A stretch of DNA of 62,800 bases, the filler included, from Aduncisulcus paluster (taxonomy: Eukaryota): assembly GCA_024181965.1 (NCBI GenBank). It is 8 parts of 8 records of this genome, joined end to end, with 100 filler letters (N's around TTAATTAATTAA, not from the genome) between each part and the next. Parts side by side here need not be neighbours in the genome. Positions count along the whole stretch, not along the records: positions 1 to 28,930 come from BQXS01012324.1; 7 more parts are not named here. One strand, given 5' to 3'. Shown piece after piece: positions 12,201 to 23,800 of the stretch (position 1 is the first letter of the stretch; every line of letters begins with the position of its first letter). The notes under the pieces were generated by a model. That model was given only the letters and a program-made list of their open reading frames with translations. It made no database searches and had not been told where the DNA came from. A program made the translations under genes and the position numbers.

Positions 12201-13107
12201 CATAACGAACAACAATAACATGACTCCGATTATACACTCCACAGGGCTTTAATGGGAGTTTTGAAGGAGTGGATGTGTGCACAGTCGAAAGAAAGGAACA
12301 ATATGGGGCGGTGACAAACGAAAAGTGAGAACACGACTCATCAGCTATCAGAGAGGCTAGAGTAGACTGAGATAAAGCATCAGAAAGGGAAAGATTTGAA
12401 AGAATAGAAGAATAAATATCGGAATCTGTATATAATTTCTCCCTTTTATAATGAATATAAATATTTTTTGTGTCTCTTTCAAATTGATCATCTAAAAGCT
12501 CCATTGTTTCTTCATCATAAATAGGAAACCTCTCAACATCATCTATTTTAGATTCTTCTTCCTCTTCTTCCGAAAATTCTTCATCTCCACGCAACATATA
12601 AATTTCCGAATACCCTTCACGAGCCCAATCAAAAATAGGATGCTTTGCATCAATACATTGTTTATAATATTTAAATAAGGAAGAAAGAAGCGGAATTAGT
12701 TCCTTTTTATCGTCCAAAGTAATAGTAATAGAAGGCGATACAATATTCAACCTTTTATGTTCCTTTTCTGCCCATTCCATGGCTCTACAACGCAAAATAG
12801 CTGACGGAGGAGAGGGATATATTATATAAATGCGTGAATTGTGACATATAACATAGACACCTGCTAAAAGGATACAAATACGATCTATAATCACTTCTAA
12901 TGTATCATTATCTTCGATTTTTGATTTGAGAACATCGATTTCTTTCAACAAAAATGGAAATGATGAGATTCTAACCGGTAAAATATCAATAATTGTAGCT
13001 TGTTTTTTGTCGTAGGAAATATGCCAAACTAAGGGACAAATGAATTTAGACGAACCATCATTGTTCCTTGTTTTGCGTAATGTGTTGCATAAACTGGATT
13101 CTTCCAT
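9253..13107 (-). CDS. Villin/gelsolin-family actin-binding protein (divergent, multiple gelsolin repeats)
   Basis: Gelsolin-repeat cores CCLVIT..LYVWIGRNA, LYSYDVCVL..IWVWKGANA, LNTYSVVLVDCGSGVFVWVGEEA and EGEESDAFKSCFNCW. The start codon is uncertain. Confidence 0.75.
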   Translation of the reverse strand: MEESSLCNTLRKTRNNDGSSKFICPLVWHISYDKKQATIIDILPVRISSFPFLLKEIDVLKSKIEDNDTLEVIIDRICILLAGVYVICHNSRIYIIYPSPPSAILRCRAMEWAEKEHKRLNIVSPSITITLDDKKELIPLLSSLFKYYKQCIDAKHPIFDWAREGYSEIYMLRGDEEFSEEEEEESKIDDVERFPIYDEETMELLDDQFERDTKNIYIHYKREKLYTDSDIYSSILSNLSLSDALSQSTLASLIADESCSHFSFVTAPYCSFLSTVHTSTPSKLPLKPCGVYNRSHVIVVRYEEGREDEERVVNMLPEIVEKEIKKSEEKVEGKEEEVGEGKESPEESGEVSEDEEGSDPPALACPNLHDHFASNSCCLVITPSMCLYVWIGRNAPGLAVHNAVAKASEFVKTQRRGNGVVVITHEYIEPACFYRFFPHWPRPRCSCFSDVRVRLNVMRNISCSPEFYLDQLLALNTSQASSSGAGYTSRILSDDTDLATHGVMIDIEDVDTINMHRPISVVDYIQSLDSYSSGSLVKLGGFEDEEDSQLIQFRIVDSTCYSCNIGNLYSYDVCVLVKIMEEKRYIVIWVWKGANAGAASLLAARLGVVARFRSIAEKKSFAFTEYTEEEGCESWMFSTALKGRMVVYMGGASAMFVQDTAKRVGEVEWMQEEEEGEEEGEEKEDSGCINSGVFRLYQLTHSPYVPLCAREIQLIHISYSPVLSLALPQLYSQHSYLLTQGHREGVTKCMYVCANDADQAEVSRLAENILHPQLNQEEEEEEEEREKETKDKASIGDGSTLTLKTGTLPMHVRVPRRQELQECYTHNEFGLMLFSHLNQASHVDFIKTLDVCVDVRDWESEMDEWWEETEPGSGIGQFVIPSSSPLSPKRLVPPAPVSSETRCIVTQRMGGFKKDKPTGHSSMTMSGITETPSTSLVIPANSLFPPRIFTLHLTSKTQDKDSSEVSKSSGGSSIAALAASGRLSMASIALSSGTSSPFIPSISYTFHPHPSPFILNTYSVVLVDCGSGVFVWVGEEARKRRGNLVAAASALSMKYCNEGMGEGEKRGWGEPVEWMTPQERRKKQLEEEEMKKRQRFFSKLFTSKKEKEKELKDRESKEKQLKMRPLSSIRYENYSSHVFGVEREGEESDAFKSCFNCWRPAYSSTSATLAAEAAKSATTLRPPPSPAREMYAAMKTKAMKHAYAKVIRLWEKKEMEKRTEERLLATEFSDMFVGKKGVVGVSAMGVGGGETSAVIGSGDSTAIPGEKKKVLSKKLLKKAFKKKK

Positions 13108-13398
13108 CAAAACAACACAAATCCTGTTACAATCTGCTATATTATATCTATGCAGATTATATGAAAATAAAGACCAATATCTATTAATATAATTACTAAA
13201 ATATCCTTTTTTCTATGAAGAGTATCAATAGATCAGTTGATAGACTGGAATTTCGATATCTAGTCAATTCCCTTTGTTAATATAAGTAAAATATTATTGA
13301 CAATCAACATAATATCCTAATATTAAAAAATAAGACATTTATTTCAATATCCACCGCTAGAATTGAATAGATCAACACCAATCAAGAGTTTTGGAGCG

Positions 13399-14355
13399 AT
13401 GCCGGTTAGAAAAACAAAGAAATATATTAAGTTCAACGTTAGTTTGGATGATGGAGTTGATGATGAGGTTGATATTATGGCTCCATACATCGAATACCTT
13501 AAAAAAAGGGGAGAACTTCCTGAAGATATGAAAGATGAAGAATATGAAGAAGAATTTGATGACTACTATGGGTATGATGATCAAGGTTATACAGCGGCTG
13601 AAACTAGATTTATTGATCAATTTGTTGATAGCATTGATAAAGGTAAAGCTCCAGCCTTTTTTGATGATGATGAAGAGCAAGAATTCCTTCAAGATCAATT
13701 AATATCGGCCAAATCGCGTAAAGATGATATTACTGGAGGAAATGTAATGGATGATTCACACTTTGTAATCGAAAAAGATATGAGAGAAACTATTATCCAA
13801 ATAGCCAAGGAACAAAGGGAAAAAGACGCCGAAAAGGATGAAGAAGATTCCGAACGTGAGATTCGTGAATTATATTTTGCCAAACCCAAGATTCAAACCA
13901 CAATTTTGGATCGTATGGAGGAAGATGAAGAACTCCAAGATGCCAAAGCTGATGAAGGCAAAACACCTCAGGTAATTGATGAAAATGAAGTATTCATGAG
14001 CGCAAAGAAGCGTAAAGAAGCCATTGCTGCATCTGTTCGTGAGATTGAAGTTGGACGTCAGGGAATTCCTCTTGGCGTTATTAAGAGACGTGATCAGGCC
14101 AAGATAAAGGGAGAAGAGGGCGATTTACATGAAGAAGAAGAATACGAGGAAGAGGAAGAGGAAAAACCAGTATTTGTGAGGAAGAAGCAAGAATCAAAAG
14201 AAGAGAAAAAGATGAGGAAGAAAGCCGTGAAAGAAGCCAAGAAAAAGCGTCGTGAGGAAAAAAAAGAGAGAAAACAGATGTTTCACACAGAATATATTCA
14301 TCAGAAAGAAGCTGCCAGGGTTGAAAAACAGAATGTCCAAGGAAGGAAGCTTTAG
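13399..14355 (+). CDS. LTV1: Pre-40S assembly factor LTV1-like
   Basis: Acidic central region, YIEYLKKRG near the N-terminus, and the typical C-terminus RKKQESKEEKKMRKKAVKEAKKKRREEKKERKQMF. Confidence 0.7.
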   Translation: MPVRKTKKYIKFNVSLDDGVDDEVDIMAPYIEYLKKRGELPEDMKDEEYEEEFDDYYGYDDQGYTAAETRFIDQFVDSIDKGKAPAFFDDDEEQEFLQDQLISAKSRKDDITGGNVMDDSHFVIEKDMRETIIQIAKEQREKDAEKDEEDSEREIRELYFAKPKIQTTILDRMEEDEELQDAKADEGKTPQVIDENEVFMSAKKRKEAIAASVREIEVGRQGIPLGVIKRRDQAKIKGEEGDLHEEEEYEEEEEEKPVFVRKKQESKEEKKMRKKAVKEAKKKRREEKKERKQMFHTEYIHQKEAARVEKQNVQGRKL

Positions 14356-14669
14356 GTTGATTTCATGGCAAAGAATGCTAGAATTGCAATTACATGAAAT
14401 ATATAAGAATATGAGATTTATTTTTATCTTTTTTTCATATATTCTTCAAGAATATTAAGTGATTGTTTGTTGAATTCACAACTCAGATCTATCTTATCTG
14501 ATTGAATCGTATAATGATCTCCATTATTTTGAATTAGGACAAAAAACAGCAATTAAGTTATTATATTCATTTTAATTACGTGATTATTGTTATACATGGA
14601 GATATATCTCAGATATAATAATTAACAATTTCATTTGAAAAAAATATTTATATTTATTTATTTGACCCT

Positions 14670-15480
14670 TTAAACCACAGTTTTCTTCTTTTTCGACAAT
14701 AATTTATGAACCTGATAGAGCTGAACGGCAGAGATGGCTGCAAGACTGATAATAACAATAAAACTCCACTTAGAAACGGAAGATCCAGTCGCAGTAGCTA
14801 AAGAATGTAACCTTTGCTCCTGCGCTCTAATAAGTCTCTGTGTTTCTGCCGTCGTATGAAGGATCTCAGCGACATCTTTTGTATCCTTTTCCATTTTCTG
14901 CTCTTTTGTGAGTTCAGATTCATCAACATCCTCAATACCAGGTACTTGACCATCGACCCTCAAAAAGAATTGCATACTCTTGGTAATCTTTGACTCATTG
15001 GTGAAACAGAAGGAAAATTTACCATTTTCCTCATGAAGATACCCAGTAGAAGAAGAAACACCCGAACCAAATCTATAAAATCCTTCACTTGTGTAATCTG
15101 TGGTTAGAACAGTTCTGTGAGAGGGAGTAGACACAGTAGCTTGTAAATTCAAATCATCACCACTAACAACGTAATATGACATCACACATGTGGCTTCGGA
15201 TGGAATATACTCATATACACCTTCAAAAAATTCAAATATAGGAAAACATTTTTTCGTGTGAAGAAGGAAATAAAATGTGATTTAGGTAAAGCGTTAAAGA
15301 ATAAAAAATAAACATAATTGGCGTAATAATAAATAATAAATCCAATGCGACAGAGGAAATTGAAATTAAGATACAAAAATACATACACAAGGTGTCTTTA
15401 GGGGGGACATTAAACTGAAGGGCTTGAATCATTGATATAGCCATAAAAAAAAGGATAAATGCAATTATTGAGAGTTTCAT
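14670..15480 (-). CDS. p24/emp24/TMED GOLD-domain cargo receptor, 2 exons (15480-15387, 15220-14670), 214 aa
   Basis: Signal peptide MKLSIIAFILFFMAISMIQA, GOLD cysteines (TLCVYE; GKFSFCFTN), coiled coil, TM segment with QLYQ, and a KKKKTVV tail. Intron 15386-15221 (GTATGT..AAG) restores the frame. Confidence 0.88.
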
Positions 15481-15574
15481 TCTTCGATTATTCTTTATAA
15501 ATATGGGTCTATCCAAATATTGCAACACAAAAACTTTTTCGTCATTTGACCGACTATTCGCTTTATGAATTGAG

Positions 15575-18547
15575 ATGTCTGCATCTTTTCCTCAATTATC
15601 AGCAGAAGAGTATGTGATTATTTCTTTTTTTTCTCGCTCTAACGTAATATATGTAGTTTATTATGTCTAATTCCTTTATCTCCCCCTTTTAACTTAATAT
15701 ACCCCAATTAAATCAATATTTATTTTTAACAGACTAAAAAAGAAGTTGGAACTCCTTTCAAAAGCAGAAACAGATGCATCTAGCAAGGACTCTAAAGATT
15801 TGATCGCTAGCAAGGTCCAGATCTCGGACAAAGCTCAGAAAACATTACGAGTTGCTGTATATATGTGTTTATGGTTTTTTAAAGGCGAAGCCACAGTTAT
15901 AAAAATTGCCGAAGAGATAAAACGAAAACTTTCTCAAGATATCTTTACAAATGACAAAACATTGGAGGATTCTTTCCCATGTTTTTCTGAAATCTCTGCA
16001 TTGGATACGTTAACTCTTTGCTTTGCAATTGAGAAAGTATTATGTAACTTCATTACCCTTGAAATCAAATGTCCTAAAAATCTCTCGCCAACCCACACTA
16101 CCTTCATATACAAGACTCCAAATAGCATAAAGTATCCAATTTCATCCCGTAAAACAGTTCATGGCTCTGATTTCTCAATTATGGGTCAGCATGAATCCAT
16201 TATTGTTTTTGGTGACAAACCTTTACGATTCCATCCTAAAGTCTTTCCAAAATATACCCCACTCTCTCCTGGATTCAGAGCTGCATATATTATCCTCCAT
16301 AAAAAGCTTTATGAGAGGAAACAGGCATCAATTCCACAGTATCTAGATATCAGGAATGGAGAAGGGGTTGATGCTGCAACATTAAAGAAACTCACCAATC
16401 CACACCGTTCCATTAAGCGTGGGCGGGGAGGTCGTCGAGGAACACCAAAAACAACTTCTTCTCCATCTATTAGTGAACTTCCCAAGTATATCATTGACAC
16501 TTCCAAAAGTTCCCTTGAGAAGCTTCTAGCTCAGACGAACGATGCCAAATCGGGCGATACATGTCCCCTGTGTCTTTCCGAAAGAGATGACATTCCTTGG
16601 GTTGCATGCGATGGATGCGGAACGTGGATCCACCAAGTATGTGATGGTGTATGTGCTAATAGCCAGCTTATTAAACTGGCGCTGGCAAATGGTCTCGTTA
16701 GTACCCAAGACTATTCCCAACAGGTTGCTGCCGAGTCTTTTCTTGAGAAAGGCTTTTTAGGGTCTGAAGTCGGATATTTCTGTGGGGTATGTCGTGCCAA
16801 ATATGCCCTTCCTCATTTGGGGGTTGTGGAACGCTCATTGTTACTAAATGAGAACCTTTTAAAGTTTCTCACCGGCCCTTCTGTCGCTTCCCAGTTTGAA
16901 AATGCTCAAAAGAAATCTCTCGGAATTCCTGATTCCAGTGGAGCCCATGATGAAAAAAGGCCCAAGAGTGAGGGTGGTAAGCGTGGTCGTCGGAGGTCGA
17001 GGAGGAAAGAAGAGGAAGAGGAAGAAGAAGAATCTGAAGACACCCATGTCAGTACTAGGTCATCTAGGCGTCGAAAGCGTCACAGTCGTCTGAGAGACGA
17101 TGATGAAGAGAGTGCAGAGGAAGATACCGGTGATAAACGGTCTTCTCGGCAGAAACACAAGCGTCGTCATGGGGGCAGTGTGAAAGATGAAGACGAGGAA
17201 GTGTCTGAATCATCTTCCCATGAGGAGGACTTTTCTCTTGCCTATCTACATCATCTTCCCCCCCCACACTCCTTCTCCTTACCCTTGAAGTTCTCGGACA
17301 CTCTAAGCTACCTTGATTCAAGGATCCAACAGGGGATGATGTCAATTGAGGAATACCAGAAAGAAGTTCTGGATGTAATCAAAACGGTATACGATTGTGA
17401 ATCAAATGCTTCATTCTTTTCTATTTTTAGATCGATCCTCCTCCCTTCCTTTCCCCTTCAACATGTCGTATCATTCGTGTGCAAGCTGCGAGGCAAAGAT
17501 GCAATAACTTCCTTGTGTTCCTCAGGGGTGAGCGTAACCAGGGATATGGTTTGCCAGCGCTTGAAGAAGAAAGGAGGATTCCGTGGAGGCTCAAGAGGGA
17601 GATCTGGAAAGAGATCAAAAGGTTCTCGAGGGAAGGATATAACATTTGCTTCACTAGCACGTTCGCTATCGATTGTCGAGTTATTCCTGGCATATCCAAG
17701 GTGGCTTCAAATACTTCTTGTTAAAATTGTTGGTTCTCCATCAACTCAAAAGGATGCCGATATTGCATTGGCCTCAGCATCTGCCGATATGAGGCCTGAC
17801 AAGGATGTTTCCAGTCATGAAAATGAACTACCTCTGCCAATACACTCATCATTAGCTCTTCTCCGTGCCGTTGTGTTCGCTCCTCCTGTAACTCACTTGG
17901 AAAACACTTTACCCTCCCTCGCGAGTCGTTTAACTGCTCTTCACTCACAATATGTCAAGGAGATGGAGAAAGAAAGGTTGAGAATCCTTGTAAAATATGG
18001 AATAGAAAGAGAAAAAATTCTTCAGAATACTTGCATGGTCCAATGCCTCGATTTATTACAGTTGATGATGGGAAAGAGGCAAGCGATGGCCGGTGGCTTT
18101 GAAAAGAAAGATATCATAAAAACTGAACTTATGAAGCCTTCTGAGCCTGTTACCCTTGACTCTGACAGCACCACTGTTGTTTCCCCTTTCCCCATGACCT
18201 CGTCAATATCCGGAATTCCTCCTTCTCTCAGCTCTCTCTCTTCCGTGACACCTCATACAATACACTCAGTCTTAGACAGACGAGGGATAACGTATTCTCT
18301 GTTCGAATCCATTGTGCATGGCATTGTGTCTTCCGTATCTTCTTTCGATGCTGACCTGACCTCCTTGTCTCCATATTTATGCAGCTCCGTGGATACAGTT
18401 GATGGAGAGGAAGTCGTTGCTGAAGACGAGATTGATGAAATCAAGAACGAAGTGTTGAATTCGAATGTCATTTCTGATCGGAAAAAAACCATGGAGGCCT
18501 ATTTGATCAACATGATGATGCAGATGGATCATGAACATAAAATATAA
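15575..18547 (+). CDS. PHD-finger chromatin protein, 2 exons (15575-15609, 15733-18547)
   Basis: CPLC..WVACDGCGTWIHQVC..YFCGVC (C4HC3), plus AT-hook-like KRGRGGRRG and KRGRRR tracts. Intron 15610-15732 (GTATGT..CAG) is in frame. Confidence 0.8.
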
Positions 18548-19284
18548 TAATATATCGGAATAACATGAAGATATGAATAAGAATATATGTTGAATTTGAT
18601 TGCTATATGGAGAATTGGAATGTTTTGAACGTTATTTTTACTAAACTGCCGAAGCGATCGGCCAACAGTCACTTTTCTATTGAATAGATCTTAATCGTTG
18701 TTTTTGATTCTTCTCTTTGGGTCAATAATTCTGGCATAAAAAACAAAAAAATGAAAAAGGATTGTTTCGACGGAAGGTATTTTCCCACAATTTCTTCACT
18801 CCAATCGGTTCTCAGTAGATGTAAATTAATCTGCTGAATATCCGTCTTAGATTCAACTTGGAGTTTTGAGGTGTTGTGAATAAATCTTATTCAGTGCTGT
18901 TGAAGAAGTTGCAAATGAAAAAAATTATTAGAATGGTAATCACCAACGAATAAAATATTAAGAAGAAACATTGTTATAATTTTCATTTCTTTCCATCGGA
19001 GCCGGATGCATCCACCCAAGTTTTCCAGATTTATTGAAATATTTATAATAGTATAATCATTTTATTCAGAAAATGAATTTTTATTTTCCAAATTTCTATC
19101 TAGGATGAAAGAAAAAATTGACACCGATCAAGATATAAATAACATAAAAACGAGGACTTTAAAATCACTTTCATTTTATTCAACATTATTTTTTACAATT
19201 GCATCGAAGGATTCGATGATCATCTCAGCTGAGAAATCATAAGGAGACAATTGAACTTTTGCTGAAAAAAAAAAAAAAAAACAA

Positions 19285-20544
19285 ATGCCATTGCATGATC
19301 GCCACCATTTTAAAACAGAAGATTCGGAATCTTCCGATTCTGTTTGGGATGGGCACAGGATCGTATCTTCCTCTACTCTCTCTTCAAGTTATTGCTTCCC
19401 ACAAATTTTCGACTTTACAACATCGGGGAAAAGCTTTTCTGAACCACACTCCAATGACCTTTTTAGACCCCCGGATATCATATATGATACTCTTCCTGAA
19501 CGTATAACCCCTGATTTCGAGCTATTTTGTCCTTTCCATTATCACCCGTATTCCTTTAAGGAATCTGATTTTTCAAATCCCGCTTTGAATATTGTGGAAA
19601 GTTCCCATATTTTTTCGATAGCCAGATTTGGAGATGATGTGAGTCACTGTGAAATTCCTCAAGATGTTGGAAGTATGTCAACCATATCCGAAAAAGAGCC
19701 TCTGGAAGAAAAATCTCCCCAGTCCAAAAAGATTGTCTCAACTCTGATTGTTGGAAAGCGTCATCATCCAACAAAGGACGATGATTCTGAAGAAAAAGTT
19801 GATGAGTTCATTCGTGGCCCCTCTAAAAGCTTCGCCTCCACTTTTATCTGGAAGACTCAATACTTCTCCCTTAAAAAGATGAAACTGGATAGATCCGTTC
19901 GCGATTGTCGTCATTGTGTGAATGAATTCTCTAGGAAAACACTTGACAACGAAATGTTGTTTCTTCTTTTATTGTTTCGCCAGTTCGTGTCCTGGGATAA
20001 AAAATCCACAACTAAAGTTCTTCTTTTTAGAAGATGTTGTTGTGGAGTCTGTCTAAGAAGTTCCCAAAAGTTTTGGGGAAACATTAATCGTCCTGTTCCT
20101 TATTTTGTATTTGCTGGAAGGATTAGACGTATTTGGGAACACACTCTTCAGGGCTGGACTTTTTCTGAGATTTACATGGAGGAATTTGTGGAATATACCA
20201 GTGGATCGGAGCGTGATATGTTGCTGCTTGCTCTTAAAGAATTATATAATGATAATGGTGTGAATCCCGTCACCAAAAGACCATACAGCACGTTCATTAT
20301 GGATGAACCCATCAACCTACGTTTGGGTGGTCTTTACCTCCCCTTCATGTTTCTTTTGGCGACTGGTGATGCCTCCAAAGGAAAAGAATTGAGCACTCTT
20401 GACCTTTTGCCAGAGATCAACAACCCCAAGGGTGTCAAAAAGGATCTATATCTTCTATTTATGAATGCTCCTTCTGCCATTGAACGCAGACAAATTTTTG
20501 ATGCAGTTTTTGCCGTTTCTAAATGTGCAGTATATCTAAAGTAA
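19285..20544 (+). CDS. Hypothetical protein
   Basis: 419-aa ORF with CRHC and CCCGVC motifs; no family recognised. Confidence 0.6.
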   Translation: MPLHDRHHFKTEDSESSDSVWDGHRIVSSSTLSSSYCFPQIFDFTTSGKSFSEPHSNDLFRPPDIIYDTLPERITPDFELFCPFHYHPYSFKESDFSNPALNIVESSHIFSIARFGDDVSHCEIPQDVGSMSTISEKEPLEEKSPQSKKIVSTLIVGKRHHPTKDDDSEEKVDEFIRGPSKSFASTFIWKTQYFSLKKMKLDRSVRDCRHCVNEFSRKTLDNEMLFLLLLFRQFVSWDKKSTTKVLLFRRCCCGVCLRSSQKFWGNINRPVPYFVFAGRIRRIWEHTLQGWTFSEIYMEEFVEYTSGSERDMLLLALKELYNDNGVNPVTKRPYSTFIMDEPINLRLGGLYLPFMFLLATGDASKGKELSTLDLLPEINNPKGVKKDLYLLFMNAPSAIERRQIFDAVFAVSKCAVYLK

Positions 20545-20868
20545 TGATTTATTGTTATCCTGATGCGATGTTTATTTTTCTGTGGGTGAAATCATCAAAT
20601 CGTAACAGTTTGATTATTGAAATCCATGACATTGTTATCTTGCTGGAAAAACAAATTTTCATGCTTTGGACAAACATTTTTTCAATAAATTTGACTCCTT
20701 TACATTATATCTGCACAACAAAAACTGAGAATATGTGTCAGAAATTTTGTTTGCGTTTCTTGTGCCTCACCGAAAGTATACAGCACGAAACAACGAGCAA
20801 TCATTGTCAATTTCTAATTGACACTCAATGTTATTAATTTAATATCATGATAAGATCATAAATGCAAG

Positions 20869-23800
20869 TTAGATCCAAGGAACCCAACCAGCAAACATTT
20901 TCCAAAGATTTTCAGGATTTCGAGCATTATCACACTCGATTTGAATATTCGAAACACCATTCTGACCATTTTGGAGATAAAATAATTTGTCCCAAACGAG
21001 ATTCAGTTTCTCCTTATTCATCACAATATCCCTGATCATTTTTTCTTCAAACCAACATTCCTTCGATTTAATAGTTTTCTTTCTCGAATATCCAAGATCA
21101 TGTTTTTTGGAACGTTTTACGTCTTTTTGTATCATCTTTATAATCTGGGCTATATTCTTATGAATATTTTCACCCTCTTTGAAGATATCTCTGATTTTGG
21201 CTTCCTTCAAGAGTTTTCGCACGGATATTATTCCTTTCCATATTTTTCTAACCAGAATTGAAGCCTTATGGGTAGAAAAGATATCTGAACACGGGAAAAA
21301 GAGGACAAAAGGAAGAGACAAGCGAGCCAATCGAGCAGAAAATGACGCCAAATATGACTGATCACAGGGGGATATATACTGTCCTAACTCTTCACGAGAG
21401 CTCTGTGTTGCCTGGGCGGAAGGCAATAAAATCTGTTCAATTCGGAATATAAGGTCAGAAATAAGACTGTCGATCTCTGAAAAGTATTTCTTATCCATCA
21501 AAACACTCATAATTGAACGCTCGATTCGGTGAGATGCCAATAAATGTTGAGATTCAAGGACAGGGGGGTTGAAAGAAATAAGAGGGAGCAATAANNNNNN
21601 NNNNNNNNNNNNNNCTGATCACAGGGGGATATATACTGTCCTAACTCTTCACGAGAGCGCTGTGTTGCCTGGGCGGAAGGCAATAAAATCTGTTCAATTC
21701 GGAATATAAGGTCAGAAATAAGACTGTCGATCTCTGAAAAGTATTTCTTATCCATCAAAACACTCATAATTGAACGCTCGATTCGGTGAGATGCCAATAA
21801 ATGTTGAGATTCAAGGACAGGGGGGTTGAAAGAAATAAGAGGGAGCAATAATCCTTCAATAAACGGTTTAGCAACACGAATGGTCTGAATTCCTTCCCTC
21901 ATCTTTGCTTCAACAATACCATTACTTCCAAGAGCACCCATTTCCCTCCACATTCCTTCCATTCTCATGCAAACACGCTCTTTTACCTTGAGCTTTCTCC
22001 CTTTTTCGAACAAAATTGAAAAATCTATGTTAAAAGGAATCATATTCATCTTTTTGGAGAAAGAAAAGGAGGAATTTTTCAATAAAAGGTTTCCAGGATG
22101 TCGATCTCCAATCCCAAGACAATGAATCAATGTGTTTTGGATCGCCAATGATTGTATACAGTGCGAAGAGAGGGCAAGACAAGATCCCGGGTGAGTATAT
22201 CGGAGATGACACGAAGATATAATCGAATCAGATATGGGCAAGAGCGTCAAAAGAGAGAAAACATTCGAAACGGATAGAGCAGGCGATATTGGGTGAGAGA
22301 TGGGGACAGAAGAGGGAGATGGGGTTGAGGTTTCAGATTGATGCGAACCAGAGGTATGCTTGTCTGTCACCAAAACAGGCTTCACAAGAGATGGAATGGT
22401 CTTGGACGCTTGCATACTCCACGAGTGAATAATGGATTCTGAATGCATGATTCTTTGCTGATCAGCTCTTTCTTTCTGTTCTTCCTCTAACTTCAGCTTC
22501 TTTCTCCTCTCTTCCACTTCCAAAGCTCTTCTTCTAAGCTCTGATATGACCGATTTAATTATTTGGACAGGTTGCACAGTTCCGTTTGGAGATATATATC
22601 CAACTCGGTTGATAACGGCCTGTTCAACATAATCCCACATCGAATTTTCCTCCTGAACGCACACAACTTGGGAGCAACCTGAGGTATCGGAATAATGGCA
22701 AGGGAAAGATGGACACATGGCATGACAACTACCAAGAGAAGATGAAAGGTCAGGAATGTTTAACGATTTATGACATTTATCGTTATTTTGATCAAATATA
22801 ATGTTATGCAGATATCCTATACAATTATAAAGACCAAGGATTGTAATATCATCGAGATTCACCCTATTTTTCATCACAATACGTTGGACACCTCTTGGGG
22901 TCAGACAACTTAGTAAACGAGGAGAGGTAATGCTCGGCAAGACGGAAGGAGTGTGCAACGATGTGATATTCACAGTATCATCCGAATGAATGTGACATAA
23001 ATGCTTAAGACTCGTAAGAAGAGGAATTTCATGTTGCTGAGAGATCAAGGGAGTGGCAGAATCCACTTTACCCCTTTGCTTCGAAAACAGTCCACCCATC
23101 CCTTTGCCTAAAGTCTGAAGAAATTCAGTTAGACGGGAAGAGAGAGTGGTCAAATAATTCCTAAAGAGAGTCGAAGAGAAAAAAGGGGGGAAAAGATGAT
23201 CGTAAAATGTTATAGGCTTTGCAGACATGGATTTTTCTTTAGATTTATACTTCTTCTTGCGTATTGAAATTCCAGAAGAAGAAGATTCCTTCGTCCGTGA
23301 GCCTCCACACAACGAACATAATTTGTCAACAATACCCTGACAATCAAACTCTGTTTGCTCTTGTTTCTCAGGAGTTGAAGAATGATCAAAATGATGCTCA
23401 AATAACTCAGCGATGGTAGATTCAAGGGCGGAGTAGAAAATGCTGATAGCAGTATTCAAAGGAATTGAAGGATGTGAATGTGATAATTGGATTTCAGATG
23501 ATAAAGTCGTCTCTCTCTTCTCGCGTTGTTCATCCGATTCAATGTTTGTCTTGAGCTTACTGACAATACTCAAGAAATTGGTTAACATCGAGTGAGTGAA
23601 TGAAGATTCAGAAAATAAAGATTTATAAAAATATTCTTCTTTTTTATCCGGATTTGGCAATTTTGACTTCTCATCAGCACTCTTATCTCTTAATGCTGAA
23701 AATAAAGAGAGATTTTCTGGAGAAATATCTTTGGATTTTGCCAAAGAGTTTTGTTGATGATCCAATATAGGTTTCATTTCGGGAAATAGAGCCAATCGAT

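Noticed and set aside
18740..19030. Possible degraded minus-strand coding fragment
   Set aside because: Short stop-interrupted frames with no recognisable motif.
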